Shown here in pieces: positions 1-58,046 of a DNA stretch of 64,000 nt. Numbering within the stretch: position 1 is the first letter of the stretch; every line of letters begins with the position of its first letter. The DNA comes from Tubiluchus corallicola (Eukaryota; Animalia; Priapulida). The notes below the pieces were generated by a model. The model did not search any database, was not told where the DNA came from, and worked only from the letters and a program-made list of their open reading frames with translations. The DNA lies in assembly GCA_030141605.1 (NCBI GenBank), contig JAQGDQ010000491.1:62001-126000 (forward strand), given 5' to 3'. The position numbers and the translations under genes are program-made.

Positions 1-424
1 TTATTATTATTATTATTAACTATTATGTGTCGGTCTGAAAGCATTTCATTATCTTCAAAACGTGTTGCTGTTTTAGTATTTTGCATGTAACTTTAGTAAA
101 ACACTAAACATGCTTTTTCATGGTTTTGAAAAATAATGTAACAAAATGTAGCCAGGATTTTTGCACATTTACTAAAACACTTTAAATATTGATATTACAT
201 ACACATTTTGCTTTCAAAAATACCTTAATATAAAAACCGATCTAGTCCTCACTCTATTGTAGGAACATCTTGCATAACTATGAAACTATGTAAACAATAT
301 AAAATACATATGTAAATTTTTATAGATATTTTCATTTTTAAAGGATCTAAATTTTTGTAAATATTGTGTATTTCAGGTTCGAACATTTTGGTTTTGAAAA
401 GGCAGCAATAAGAGCATTTTCAGC

Positions 425-45643
<45,219 letters not shown>

Positions 45644-45970
45644 GCAATGCTGATTTTTCACAACTAATGACGTATAATTGATTCATGCTAGCTGATGTTT
45701 TATGGCTGATACTGCTAGCCATTTGACGCTGTTGGGTTGTGTAACTAAATGTGTTTTCTTGGCAGCTGTATTAGAGATGAGTCTGGATAACTTTTCATTT
45801 TTCGCGAAATTTAATATTTAAATAAGTTATTGCTATTGTAGAATCATTTTAATGGGCAGAGATAGTTTATCGTGTTTACTTGTTTGAAATTTTTAATGTT
45901 ACTCGACTCGTCGAGTTTTTAAATGGCTGTTACATTATAATCGTGATGTTTTTGATTCATTACAGCTAGA

Positions 45971-45976
45971 AATAAA
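45971..45976 (+). promoter_or_regulatory. Candidate polyadenylation signal of myosin VIIa
   Basis: AATAAA ~330 nt after the stop codon with T-rich sequence downstream; weak evidence in an AT-rich genome. Confidence 0.3.
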
Positions 45977-47842
45977 TCAGGAATTCATTTTAATTTAGGG
46001 TTTTAGTTTGTACTGGCTTAACTTTTCCTGCTTTTACTTTTTACAACGTGTACCGTCCAAGAATTAAGACAGTGGCAAATTCTCTATGCTGTAATTTCTC
46101 AAGATTGTATTTAATTACAAGTTTGGTTGTAAATCATTTTGTTTTTACTGTTTACAGTTACGGTTGGAAATATGGTTATGTATTAATGTTTTAAAGTGAT
46201 TTGTTTATCCATATGTTTACTGAAATGCTCTTATGTGCCTTGATAAAGTAATAATGTTGTATTATTAAATGTAATCATATTCATTCTGAGGGTTTTATCG
46301 TTGTCTCGCTAATGATATATAAAAATGAGAAAGTTCGTGAAGAGATCTTGTAGAAAATAACAATTATTTTTATTTATAAAGATTTTTGATTAACGTTAAA
46401 AGTCTATAGTGCCTTTATTAATTCCATCCACATTGTTAGCATGTTGGATTAACAGCATTTTTCTTTACTGAATATGCATGCGTAATCTTGATATTCAAAT
46501 TTATTTCTCTGTTAATTGTATAAAAGTAATAATGGTATACCAAGTGTTGATTGTTGAACAATGGTCATGTATTGCATGTTGATTTGTAACCAGTAAGAAA
46601 ATTCTTTTTCATGATAGTCCCTAAAACAAAATGGCCTGACAAGATTTACTACTTGCGGAGAAATTTGTTTTCTTGCATTCTGGATGGAGAGCTTGCTAAC
46701 GGCATCCCATTTTACTCTATTTCAAATTTTATTAACGTAAAAACGCATTATCGTGAAAAGTTTTTCATAATTTGTAGGAAAATGTTAACTTCTTTAGTGC
46801 TGATGTACTTGGGTATTTTGCTAGCAAGATTTTCAGTTGCCTGATTACACAAAAAGGATAATAAAACATCTTAATAAATTTCACGCTTGAAATTGTTTCG
46901 TTTAATTGCCTTTTTATTTGATTCCCCAAAAAAAATCTGAAAAAGATATTGTGAATTAATAAGATTTTAACTGCACGGCTAAGTGTGGTTAAGCATGTTT
47001 GCTGCAGTGCTTGGCCAAAATCACTCATCAATGTTCAGATAGAACACTACCTGAACAGTAGAATTTTATTGCAAATACTATATGGATCAGCTGAGAAAGT
47101 ATAATATTGTCTTTTGTTGAGGAGGGAAATGTGTGCACATCTAAAAGCAACTAAGATACATTTGCTGCATCAGTATCTCACTTCAATTAAAACTTCTATT
47201 ATGCTGTTTTAGTCCAACAATAGCAACTCAGTATATTACTCCGAGGACTTCATTCTTGACTGCTGGTTCCAACTCTTATCCTGATCCTTCGTTTCTTACG
47301 TAGCTTAATCAATGGACTTTTCGGAGGGCAGTTGCCTGAGCATGGCTGTCGAAATCGCCACGTCTTAAAGTGCCATTTTAGTTTTATGAAAGTTACGCCA
47401 ATGAATGGTAAATAGAATGTTGATGAAAACATGATGATACATAGAAATCAATTATCAAAAGTGTGATCTAGCTTTTAATTAATATACAATAATGGCTTGT
47501 TCTTTTTAATAAAATGTTCGCATTTTAATTCTTTTTTCATTTACTAATCTTGTTTCCGTTTTTAAATTCTTCCTTCTAATTACTTCTCCTGATTAATTTA
47601 GATTATTTGAGGAATGGATAGTTCTGTTCATCCAAGAGATTGAAAAGTTAACTGTCACTAGCGTTGGCTGCATTATTCGACTTTTTAACGTTTTGTGTTA
47701 CTACAATTATTACGATTGCACCATTGCTAGTTTTCAAATGAATTGGCAATCGTCACGATAATCTATGAAATCAGTGATATTCACACCAGAATTCATATAT
47801 TCGTAATAAAAACATTGTTACATTGAAAGATATTTTATAAAG

Positions 47843-49476
47843 TATATATATATATATAATATATAATAATCTTTATTTGCCATTAAAAACATTGATAATC
47901 ACTGATAAAAACTTTATAGAGATAATCAATCAGTGTTAGTTAATAAAAACTTACACTGCTGAAGGCAAATGCGTCAGTGCAATCTAAACTACTGTACAAT
48001 AAAATCAAACATATTTACAACTATACACAAAAAAATATAAAAAAAAACTATGATTTAATTAATATGGCCGTGGGTATATGAATTCGGAATTAGTGTGTAT
48101 GTTGTCGTACTGGTGTGATGGTATTTCATATCTGGTTGATATTAGTGATTTTAATTTTGTTTTAAATGCTGATAGGGACTTGATTTGTTTAACCTGTAAT
48201 GGTAGAGAATTCCAAAGTAAAATCGCTTGTTTGATTACAGAGTTCGTTCCATAGTGGGTATTTGTCCTAATTTGTTTTAGATTGTTTGTTCTGGAATTAA
48301 CGATAGGATTTGGAAAAAAGGTAAATCTGTTATTCTGGAATGGTTTGCTGATGTTGTTAATGTATTTAAATATAAAAAGCAGAGTAAAATATTCTTTGTG
48401 TGCTTCAATGATTGGGAATTTTAAAGTTTTTCTCAGGTTAGTTGTTGAAGCTTTGAATTTTTGTCTACCTGCCTTGTGTTTGTATGAGTACCCAGCTATC
48501 AATCTCAACGCATAGTTTTGAAGGAGATTTAATTTTAAGTAATTTTCTCTTTTGGTTTTTTGAAGTAGCGTACATCCATATAAGAAGTGTGGTAGAACTA
48601 AAGTTTTATATATTAGTGTTTTAGTTTCCTTTGTTAGTTGCCCTTTAACTTGTCGGAGATATGATGTGCTAGATGCCATTTTTGTGTATATGTTATTAAA
48701 GTGATCATCCCATGAAAGATTATTGTCTACTTGTATGCCCAGGAATTTAACATTGTTAGTTTGTTTGATTACAGCATTATCTATTGTCAAAGTGGTTGAT
48801 GATGCATCATTAGTATTTAATGAGGGTGACAGTATCATGAATTCTGTTTTGTCATTATTCATTTTTAGCTTGTAATGACTAAATGCCATATTTATATTTT
48901 TTATATCTTCTTCTAAATAATTTTTTGCAGTTTGGACATTTTCATGGGCTATGTAGATTGTAGTGTCATCAGCGTATTGCGTTATTTGTGAGTGTTTCAA
49001 TACACTGGATATGTTGTTTATATATAGGCAAAATAATAACGGACCTAGTAGTGTTCCTTGCGGTATACCTCTGTTTAACGTGGCCCAGTCAGAAAAGTTG
49101 GTTGTATCTAACTTTACTCGTTGTTGTCTATCTTTGAGATAATTTTGTATCAGTTTTAACGATATCGAATCTAATCCGATTTGTTTTAAATTATCGTAAA
49201 GTAGTTCGTGATTAATGCTATCGAAAGCTTTACTTAAATCCAAAAATGCTGCTAAAATGTATTGCTTGTTGTCTAAACTATGTCTCCAATTTTCTGTTGT
49301 GTGTATTAGGGCGTCAATGGTTGAATGGTGTTTACGGAAGCCAAACTGATGTTTTGATAAAAGTTCATGTTTATTTACATATGAATTTATCTGATCATAA
49401 ATTACCCTTTCCCAAACTTTGCCGAAACAATGGATTACGGAAATTGGGCGATAATTCAAGTGAACGGGCTCGAGCA
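47843..49476 (-). mobile_element. 5'-truncated non-LTR retrotransposon (CR1/L2-group-like LINE)
   Basis: Contains the RT ORF, a 3' UTR ending in AATAAA and an (AT)n-type tail at ~47843-47880. No endonuclease domain. Possible ttataaa target duplication at 47835-47841 and 49477-49483. Confidence 0.88.
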
Positions 49477-49531
49477 TTATAAAATTTCCAATGTATCTAA
49501 TTACGTAATAGAAATAACTCTCGAAAAACAT
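48059..49531 (-). CDS. LINE ORF2 reverse transcriptase domain, N-terminally truncated (homology starts ~49460)
   Basis: NYRPIS, QFGFRKHHST, FLDLSKAFDSINH, GIPQGTLLGPLLF, QYADDTT, KFLGI and LWNSLP motifs in one uninterrupted frame. Confidence 0.93.
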   Translation of the reverse strand: MFFESYFYYVIRYIGNFIMLEPVHLNYRPISVIHCFGKVWERVIYDQINSYVNKHELLSKHQFGFRKHHSTIDALIHTTENWRHSLDNKQYILAAFLDLSKAFDSINHELLYDNLKQIGLDSISLKLIQNYLKDRQQRVKLDTTNFSDWATLNRGIPQGTLLGPLLFCLYINNISSVLKHSQITQYADDTTIYIAHENVQTAKNYLEEDIKNINMAFSHYKLKMNNDKTEFMILSPSLNTNDASSTTLTIDNAVIKQTNNVKFLGIQVDNNLSWDDHFNNIYTKMASSTSYLRQVKGQLTKETKTLIYKTLVLPHFLYGCTLLQKTKRENYLKLNLLQNYALRLIAGYSYKHKAGRQKFKASTTNLRKTLKFPIIEAHKEYFTLLFIFKYINNISKPFQNNRFTFFPNPIVNSRTNNLKQIRTNTHYGTNSVIKQAILLWNSLPLQVKQIKSLSAFKTKLKSLISTRYEIPSHQYDNIHTNSEFIYPRPY

Positions 49532-49684
49532 TCCGTTTCTGGACCTCCAATTCCTTGTCTAAGTTTCACTGCAAAGAGTAAATGCGAACAGTGTCAGAAC
49601 CATTGTCTTCTCCGTCAACCTAAAGTCTTTTGAGCTACGTAGTGCTTCAACTAAGTTTTATTTCTCATTTATTAGGTTCATGGG

Positions 49685-50081
49685 TAGGGGTGAGCATTCT
49701 CTATCAGAAAGCAAACTCGAATGGAATCGAATTTGTGACTTTCGAATTCGAATCGAACCGAATTTCAGTATTTTGAATCTGAATCGAATTCGAATTGAGT
49801 TTAAGATTTTCGAACCAGTAGTAAAAAGTGGCCTTACAAAAATCATGCATATTTCTTGATTTTGTTCTGCAGTAAAAGCACTATTAATTTGTTAAAAATT
49901 CGGCACAGAAACTGCAGCTAAATGGTCCTAATTTACATGCTATAGTATTTCAAACATTTTATTGGTGAAGAACGTATGTGGCTGAAGTGCTGAATTATTC
50001 GAATCTATAATTTTAGGTTCGAATCGAATTCAAATAAAAAAACCCCATTCGTCGAATTCGAACGTTCGATGCTCACCCCTA
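49685..50081. mobile_element. hAT-like MITE with (TTCGAA) subterminal repeats
   Basis: Perfect 13-bp TIR TAGGGGTGAGCAT ... ATGCTCACCCCTA; degenerate 8-bp TSD ttcatggg/ttcatcag. Confidence 0.85.
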
Positions 50082-50159
50082 TTCATCAGACCTTAATTTA
50101 CATATTGCTTGAATTTACTGCACTCATTTACGCAAAATGTCAGTAGTTAATTTCGTTTG

Positions 50160-50310
50160 TTATCATCATCATTACTGTCATGGCTGTTGTCGCCCTCGTC
50201 CTTATCGTAGTCATCATATCGTCACATTTATCAGCAACGTTCACCACCGTCATCATCGCTACCACAAGCATCACAACACTCTCGTTCATCGTCCCAACAT
50301 CACCATCGTC
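50160..50310. repeat. Degenerate (CAT/CAC/CGT)n trinucleotide repeat
   Basis: Direct reading; explains the His-rich ORFs here. Confidence 0.75.
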
Positions 50311-50524
50311 GCTTCCGTGGTCCTGGAGGCAATATATTGCTCTTGTCATTATCAGGGCAAGTAATTGCCATTGTACGAAAGTTATGATTGCGTCTATCAC
50401 ATTTTTATTTCTCTTTATCAGCCACTGTTTATGTTAAAATCAACGGCTTATAGGCAAAATTTTACGAAATTTGTCTAGATGCTTATTTCAAAGATGGTTT
50501 CGTCTTCATTATTGAACTAAAACA

Positions 50525-50660
50525 ACTTACTTACCTACTTACTTAGCTTGTTACTACCTACCTACCTACCTACTTACTTACTTGCTTAATTAATTAATTC
50601 ATTATTTATATTTACTTACTTATTTACATACTTCCTTGTTTGGTTACTTACTTGCTTACA
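50525..50660. repeat. Degenerate (TACT/TACC)n tetranucleotide repeat
   Basis: Direct reading. Confidence 0.75.
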
Positions 50661-50771
50661 TATTACATATAAAATTTAGTTCTGTAATTCGTTGACATTA
50701 ATTGATTTAAACACCAAGAGAAATAAATACAGCAATACAAATTTCATAAACACTGATTAAAAAAACCATGT

Positions 50772-53452
50772 TCAGTTCTGCTCGCCTAAAGTTTTATTTA
50801 AAATCTCTTCTCGAATTTTCCATTGCCGTTGCTGTAACTCTTTTGTAAACGGCATTTCAGTTTTTGTTATATCTATGCAGTATGGAGGAGCATTCTCTTG
50901 CAATATATAACTTGACACTTTGGTATTTTTTTCCAAAAGCCGCTTATCCTTTGCCTTTGTACCAGGAATAGATTTTTTTATGCAAGTTCTGTAAACGTCT
51001 TCTCTTCTGGTGCGAAGTGTTGCCACATCTCTCGCCATTCTCTCCTTTCCATACGCATGCACTTTCTTATCAAACATATCTAAAAATGTCCTATATAGCT
51101 TTGTATCACCCAAGCTCCACTCTTCTATCCTCTGAATTAATTCTTTGGTTAAGTTGTGTTTTAATTGATCTTTTCTCATGTTTTTTCTGATCACTATAAC
51201 TTCGTCCCACTCCCAGCACAAGAGATCTCTTAACAGTACTAGTGATTCATCGAAACGTTCGGCAATCATAACCAAATCAAACTGAATCTTTATCTCGTCT
51301 ATTTTACGTGATATCATTTGCTTGTCTCTTAAATATTTGTACTCCAAGCCGAAATATTGAAGCATGCTGTTTTGAACCGGTGGAACACCGCGGCAAACTT
51401 TTTGAATTTTGTCAATCGAGCTGGCATATTTTTGCGGTTCTTCTATAAACACAAGAAAATCTACCCCAAACCTTCCCTTTGTGCTGTATCCGAAGTAAGT
51501 ATACAATGATTCCAACACCATAGCGGGATGCCGTAGGATTGTCACAAACTTTGCCTTTGGCATGATGCTCTTCATTTTCTCATACGAGAAGCCATACAGA
51601 TGGTGACACAAAATGTTATAAATTGCCGCAGGATGAGGTATGATCAAGTTTTTTTTTAAACCTTGACGAAAACTGCCGATCATGTTCAAACGTCGAGGCA
51701 GTAAGAAGGAAAGATTGTGGTTTTTGCCGTAGCGCATAAACACATTCTGTAAAGCACTACTGGCACACTTATGTTGCTTTAGAAAAAACACGTTATTAAT
51801 CGGTAAACACTTTTGTGACTCGTCATAATCCGCCACGATCCGTTTGTTGTGTTTGTCTAATACTCTAGAAAACTGTTCTTGTCGATTGTCATTCACCACT
51901 GCTACTGGTTGACTGAAATATACGAAAGTTTATTTTATAAGTAATATTAGGCCTATAATCACAGGTACTGACATTTTGTTTTGACAGGTTGGTTAGTAAG
52001 CTACATAAGTGTATTTAATATGGCGATTAAGTCTGCTGCCAGTGTGACACCGATCTGGGAGGGAAATTTTACTTGATATTTTTATTATATAAAATATAAT
52101 AATCACTGTGTTATTCCAATGCTTATTTATAGTTTCATTTTATTTCAGACATTTACTGTCAACAGAACCATAAAAACAAGGCACAAGTAAAAACAGAGAT
52201 TTAGTTTATGGAAACATAGTAAGCCTATATACAAGAAAGGGTTAGTTAGAATGGGTAAATAAAATTCTTTGTCGCGACTTAAAAATGTTCGATCTAAAAA
52301 CTGTATCAGCAAAGTGTATACTTTGGTATCAGTATTGTTAAGCAAGTTATTAGTAACAGTATTCTGACTCAAGGACAACCTACTTGTTAGATTAAACGCA
52401 GCTTTCCAACGTATGCATGAAAAACTTGCTTCATTGCAGATAACATATGTTTGGCTTGCACTACAGCCACTAGGAAGATTAAAAAGTCATCTAATAGCAC
52501 TATTATAGGTAATTCGCATTCTTCTAACAATATTTCCTTTATCATGATTAAACAGAGACTATCGCAATAATACTGTATACAGAAGATTACAAAAAGGCTT
52601 CTCTTAATATCAACAGAACAGCTTTTGAACATCCTAATAATACAATTGGCTCTCGCACATAATAAACCATGCTGATGTTTAATATCAAGATCGTCTTGTA
52701 ATGTGTTGGTCAAGATGCGACCCAAATATTTCTGGTCATTACTACAATCATTTATTATACCTTACCGGCATTCACACAAAAATCACATGATCTGATGTCC
52801 CTCTTGCGATACACACTTTCTAAGTACTTATTCTTTCAAATAAACCAGCATCTAGTTTGGCCACTCAGTTAGTAGAAAACTAGAAGAGAACTCGTACGTT
52901 GCAACTTCGCGTCTGAGGTAATTTCATGAATTTATTTTAAATTGCCAGAGCTTTCTCTACTTATCAAATAGTGAACAAATTGGAATTATCGCCAATAATA
53001 TAGATTTGCATGGAAAGTTTTTTGGAACATAATTTAACCTTGCCTTTTCTTCCTCTGGTTTACGTTTGCGTAGGTGACGTCATGCAATGGCGCCGTCAGG
53101 ACAGTTTTGCAGGAGATTTAACATGAAAACAAACAAAAATTCCTTTCAACGTGAGTACGATATACGTACGCATAAAACTGCTATAAAGTAATATAATTTT
53201 AAGGCGATTTTTCTGAAACCTACTCCAGGTACCTCTTTTCTTGTCCATTAAGTGAATGTAATAACAACGTCGTTAACATTGTGATGGCTTTGTAAAACCG
53301 GCCCCAGGTAAATTTTGGTATAAAATTACTAATAAGTAAATGAACCAGTATACAAACCTGATATTAAGTAAAATAAAAGCCACGCATGCCAAACACACAA
53401 TAGCGATTGTCACACATTGAGTTGGTTTGTTTGACGACTTGTTTTGATTCAT
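50772..53452 (-). CDS. Galactose-3-O-sulfotransferase family protein (GAL3ST-like), two coding exons 53452-53358 and 51912-50772, ~411 aa
   Basis: Exon 1 MNQNKSSNKPTQCVTIAIVCLACVAFILLNI gives a type II membrane anchor and splices (AG|gtttgt ... tttcag|T) in frame to SQPVAVVND. PAPS-binding motifs FFLKQHKCASS and FVTILRHP..LESLYTYF, plus FDLVMIAERFDESLVLLRDLLCW. Confidence 0.9.
52135..52760 (-). mobile_element. Degenerate LINE 3' remnant in the GAL3ST-like intron
   Basis: LGRILTNTLQDDLDIKHQ..LCARANCIIRMFKSCSVDIKRSLF..YYC resembles the LINE post-RT region; aaataaatgaaact tail near 52135-52150 on the minus strand. Confidence 0.65.
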
Positions 53453-55970
53453 ACTCCCATTATGATAAGTAGCAGAACTCCATTAGTAAAGTCAGGTGCA
53501 CATCGTAGTAGTTTATGCTAATCTGCGAAGATCACAAAAGCAGATTCTTTTGTTCCTGAAACACGAGAATATACAGTTCTTCAGTACATGGCTTCTGACT
53601 GTGTGTCTATGCAATACTGTCTATAAGGTATATACACAAATCTCCTTTCTCGTCCATAAGTTTCTTACGGTCTCCCTGGCACTCTCTCTGCCTTTTGGTG
53701 TTTTTCTATATCCCATTTCAATGAACCCTGCTATGCTTGCTCATGGTCTTAACAACACAACGGGCAATTAAAAACTTAACTTCACTAAAACTTTTCCAAT
53801 TCACTATGACAGTTAATACTAGCAGTCAATGCACTGCAATTATCTAAATTCTAAAACTCGAAATCCAGCACAATCATTAAATAACAATAAGCCTAACATT
53901 CTACGAAATTTGTTTGCTAATTCACTCACAACTTAAAACTGATAAACGAGTTCACCGTACAAGTGCTTGAATTTAAATTGCTCACATCCGAAGTGAACGT
54001 GCGTTATGGTTACGATGACAGTTCATTTAATATGCTCGATACTATTGGCATTGAATGGAATGATTTACTGAAATGCAACGTGTTTCTCATGTGGTCACTA
54101 TACTTTGATCAATTATTAAGCGAAAACCTTTACGTAAAATAGTTTAATCAGTGTATTAGTACTGCATGTAGTACTCCACTCTTAAAGTATCTCTGGAAAA
54201 AACACAAAACCGTTGTGTTAGACTAGCTGAAGACGCTGACCTTTCTACGATATCAACTCTGGAACAACGGAGAGAGACCACTGACCTTATCAATTGTTGT
54301 AAGATAATCAATGGAGTATCCATCTCCTTTAGCATGATTTTTTCACGCCCCCCTAGACCCCTCCGTGGGCACGTTCCAAACTATTTGTTCCTAAATCACG
54401 AACCAATGTTTGATCAACTTTTTCGCTTCTCGCGTCATCGACCCTTTAAACAAATTGCCAATGGCAACCATTCAAGCACAATCTGTCAACAGTTTCAAAT
54501 CGTGCTTGAGAATGGACCGTAACCGAGTTCAATTCTAGGTCTCTATGATTTTGAAAAGTAAGATTAGGTCTACGTCACTGTGTGAGTTAACTGTCCTTAT
54601 TTCAGTTCCTTTGCTACTTATACATTATTTTATTATGTTAACTAGTACGTTTTTCCGTCTTCAAATTGCTTCTAAATTTAATACCGAGTGTTTCAAAAGT
54701 CATTTACTAATTTGATTTTCCTGTTTTGTTTGCTACTAATTCAATAAGGCCATTCAACTTGCGGTAAATTCTTACTAAGCGCTGAGTTTTTTTTAGTCTA
54801 CATTTGAAATTGTGCTGTTTTCTACTGCTAGCATGCTAATCTAGAGCAAAGGTGTAAAATCGAATGGGATGCTCGCTCGCCAGGTCATGCACCATGTTAC
54901 ATTTCTATGAAGCTACATTAAGAGCAGAGTGTAAGCGACCAAGCTGCAAGACTTCCCCGCGCTAGAAGAACAGACAAGTAATGCATGTGCTGCTGTTGCT
55001 ACCGAAATACTGCCCAATGTCGATTGGCCACGGATGCATAAAAGGTGACTTAGTTTGTTTCAAAAAAGATGTTGCTCACAATCAGGTCTTCTAGTGACTT
55101 TTCAGTAGACTTGTGAAACCAAGTTTCGTGTAACCTAAATTCTAACTGTGAATCATAAACTTAGCAACCAAATCGCCATGTTGTTCCTCTTGTAACTGCT
55201 ATTTTAGCAAACTCTTACGTATGAAACGTTCAGTATATTTGGAGAATGGATTATCTCAAGTTGTCCATGTACTCGGGGCAATAACATATAACGTAATATG
55301 AAACTTATTTTCAGTTGTTTTTAAAAATAAAAAACATTAACCATGGCAGCCACTTTACGACAAAATGAAGACAAAATTAAATAAAGCCAACCTCTATAAA
55401 ATTGTGTCAATTCACAAACTGCATGCCATTCTTATATGCCTAAAACATTGACTGGAATTCGTTTATGGCTAGCCAAATATTCAATAATTGGAAATTGCTG
55501 GTTTTTCTCAGAAGTTATACTACAGAAAACCTATGATTTTCTGCTTTGCTGTTTTGCTACCAAAACTACCAACTAAACTATTATTTTTGAGTGAAACTAT
55601 TTTTTAGCGAAGCGCATGATTTCCGAGCTGTTTCTGAATAAAACACAGGATTTTTTTAGTGAAATTGTAGTTTCAAAGCAAAACCATGATATCCGAAGTG
55701 AAACTGGGGTTTGACAGCACAATCTTAGTTTTTTGTAAGAAAAGTTGATTTTCTTATGAGAAATTAAATCTTGCTGGTAAAAACAAGGTATTTCTATTTA
55801 CTAGGCATCTTGCTTGCTAAGCGTTAGCCTGCATTTCATTGCTGCTTTGTCTACTGCTACCACTTGTCTCCATGGATTTATTTTCTCATTCATTCATTCA
55901 TTCATCTATTCAATAATTAATTCATTCATTCATTACATCACTCGTTCATTGCTTCAGTTACTCCATAAAA

Positions 55971-56174
55971 TAGACTTTCAGATATCAGCTGCAAGAATTA
56001 GTGTTGCGGTTTTACATTTGTAATAATTATAATACTGTACTAAATAATATATTATAGTTTTTGCAATAAAACCATGTTATATACAAACTATAATATATTA
56101 TATAGTACAGTATTATAATTATTACAAATGTAAAACTGTAACACTAATTCTTACAGCTGATATCTGAAAGTCTA
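55971..56174. repeat. ~204-bp near-perfect palindrome (foldback MITE-like)
   Basis: tagactttcagatatcagctg.aagaattagtgtt...tttacatttgtaataattataatactgtacta pairs with its reverse complement at 56103-56174; TA at both termini. Confidence 0.88.
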
Positions 56175-58046
56175 AATGGATTAGTCAAATATAAATATAT
56201 ATATATATATATTTGATGTTTATGCCCCACTGGCATATGCATATGGGATGGCTCAGAAAAAATGTGCCGAAGTTTAGACTACAATAACATTAGAAGCAAT
56301 GCCTTACAAAGTTGAAATTTCACACCATGGTATTACAATACAATGCACTCTTTTGTCTGTGAAAATTACAAGTTTATAGTTTTAGTGGTTTTTAAGACAT
56401 CCAAAAAGTTCTTGCCTATTAAAAGTTTAAATGTCGGAACAATTCCACTTGATCGTAAATTGAAGAACAGCCGAGCTGGAGTATAAAACACTCAATACAA
56501 GCCAGCAAAATATTAAAAAAATTAAATCAACCAGTTTATATCATTGTTTTCACCACAAAACATAAGCACTGACAAAAATTTGTTATCAACAAAAGTGGCA
56601 CTTAATCCTCTGGACTACAGAACTGGTAATTCCCTTAATGAGCTGATGTAGGACAGTCAAACGGAGCCATTTGATGTAGAGTAACTAAAGGTTAGTTGCC
56701 TTCATCTAGTAACTCTGGTTTGCATTGAAAATGGTGGACTCATAGAACACCTGCTGCAAATTTTAACAATAGAACACAAAATATTTTTTGTTTACTTTTT
56801 GACGTTTTATTTTAGAAATTCTGTAACTTTTGGAATATCAAAGAAACTGACTAAAATTTTTGAGATTTATACAAGTTCGCCCGCAACGTCAGTGTGACAA
56901 TTTTCAAGCAATTCCGTTATCTAAATGAAGACATTTTGTTTTTTTTACTTACCTAAGCGTTTCTTTTTCTTACCACTTTCCTACCATTTTCAATTTTAAA
57001 ACTTTTCAAATTTTACTATTTTTTAAACAAATCCGAAGGTAGTTCCACTTGGATAAGTCGTCCCATTTATCACATGTAGGAATGTTCAGTTTGTATATAT
57101 ATAGTTAATGTAAAATTATATCAGTTTATAATAGAAAAGGTTGTCACAATCTCTCTTCTTTTACGGCTGGCGTTACATAAAATTGCCATAAGACGAGTTT
57201 TACTGCTCCACTGCGGAAGTGCGAATAATTGCCTAATGAGTATACCTGTTTTATGAGTAAACTTGAGTAACACTAAGTCAATGACACCTGGCTATTACTG
57301 TCCATTTTGCTGGCGAGAGCTAATGACCATCAACTGAATCTGCGAATTTAAATTAGCCAACTGAACTTAAATTAGCTTAGTGGTCAGAAACTAGCAATTG
57401 ATGCTGTTTCGTTGTTTAGGCCTTGCATGGTAATTTCATTATTAACTCGGATTAAGATATAGTTTGGGATTTGAATTAGGGGAAGATTTTTCTAGATCAT
57501 GGAACTGCGTGTATTTTACGTCGATACTGTTATTATCATAAACTTCTGTCTCTTATATGATCTTTGATTTCTTCAACAAGGAACTAAATGTAATCATAAA
57601 TTTAAAAAAAATATTTTGAAAACAAATTCAAACAATTTTTGCAGGTTTTCATTAAATTTTATAAATAAATATAGTACAGCAAAACAAATAATTTAACTCA
57701 AATCTTATTTTTGTAATAAAATTAATTTTAAATAAACATCAATACGACCATATTCAGCCTGAAACAAAATGTCAAATATACATTTCCGAAAATTTATTAA
57801 CAATAATTGACCGTAAATGAAACATACACTTATAAGAATAATTTACGTAACAATACAATAACATCTAGGTCTATTCATATGTTTGTTTAGGCCTATAGGT
57901 TTACTTCTACAAACAAATAAAGCAACACAAGCTATAAGACGTATCTGTGATGCACTGATTGACAAATGGTGGAATGTTTACTCTACGAAAGTTTGTGAAC
58001 AACATGCAACGGCAATGTTACATAGGCAATATGGACTTGCATAAAA

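Noticed and set aside
48059-49531. RT as a retron, DGR or group II intron
   Set aside because: Motifs (NYRPIS, DLSKAFD, PQG..LGP, YADD, LWNSLP) and the AATAAA/microsatellite tail are those of a non-LTR retrotransposon.
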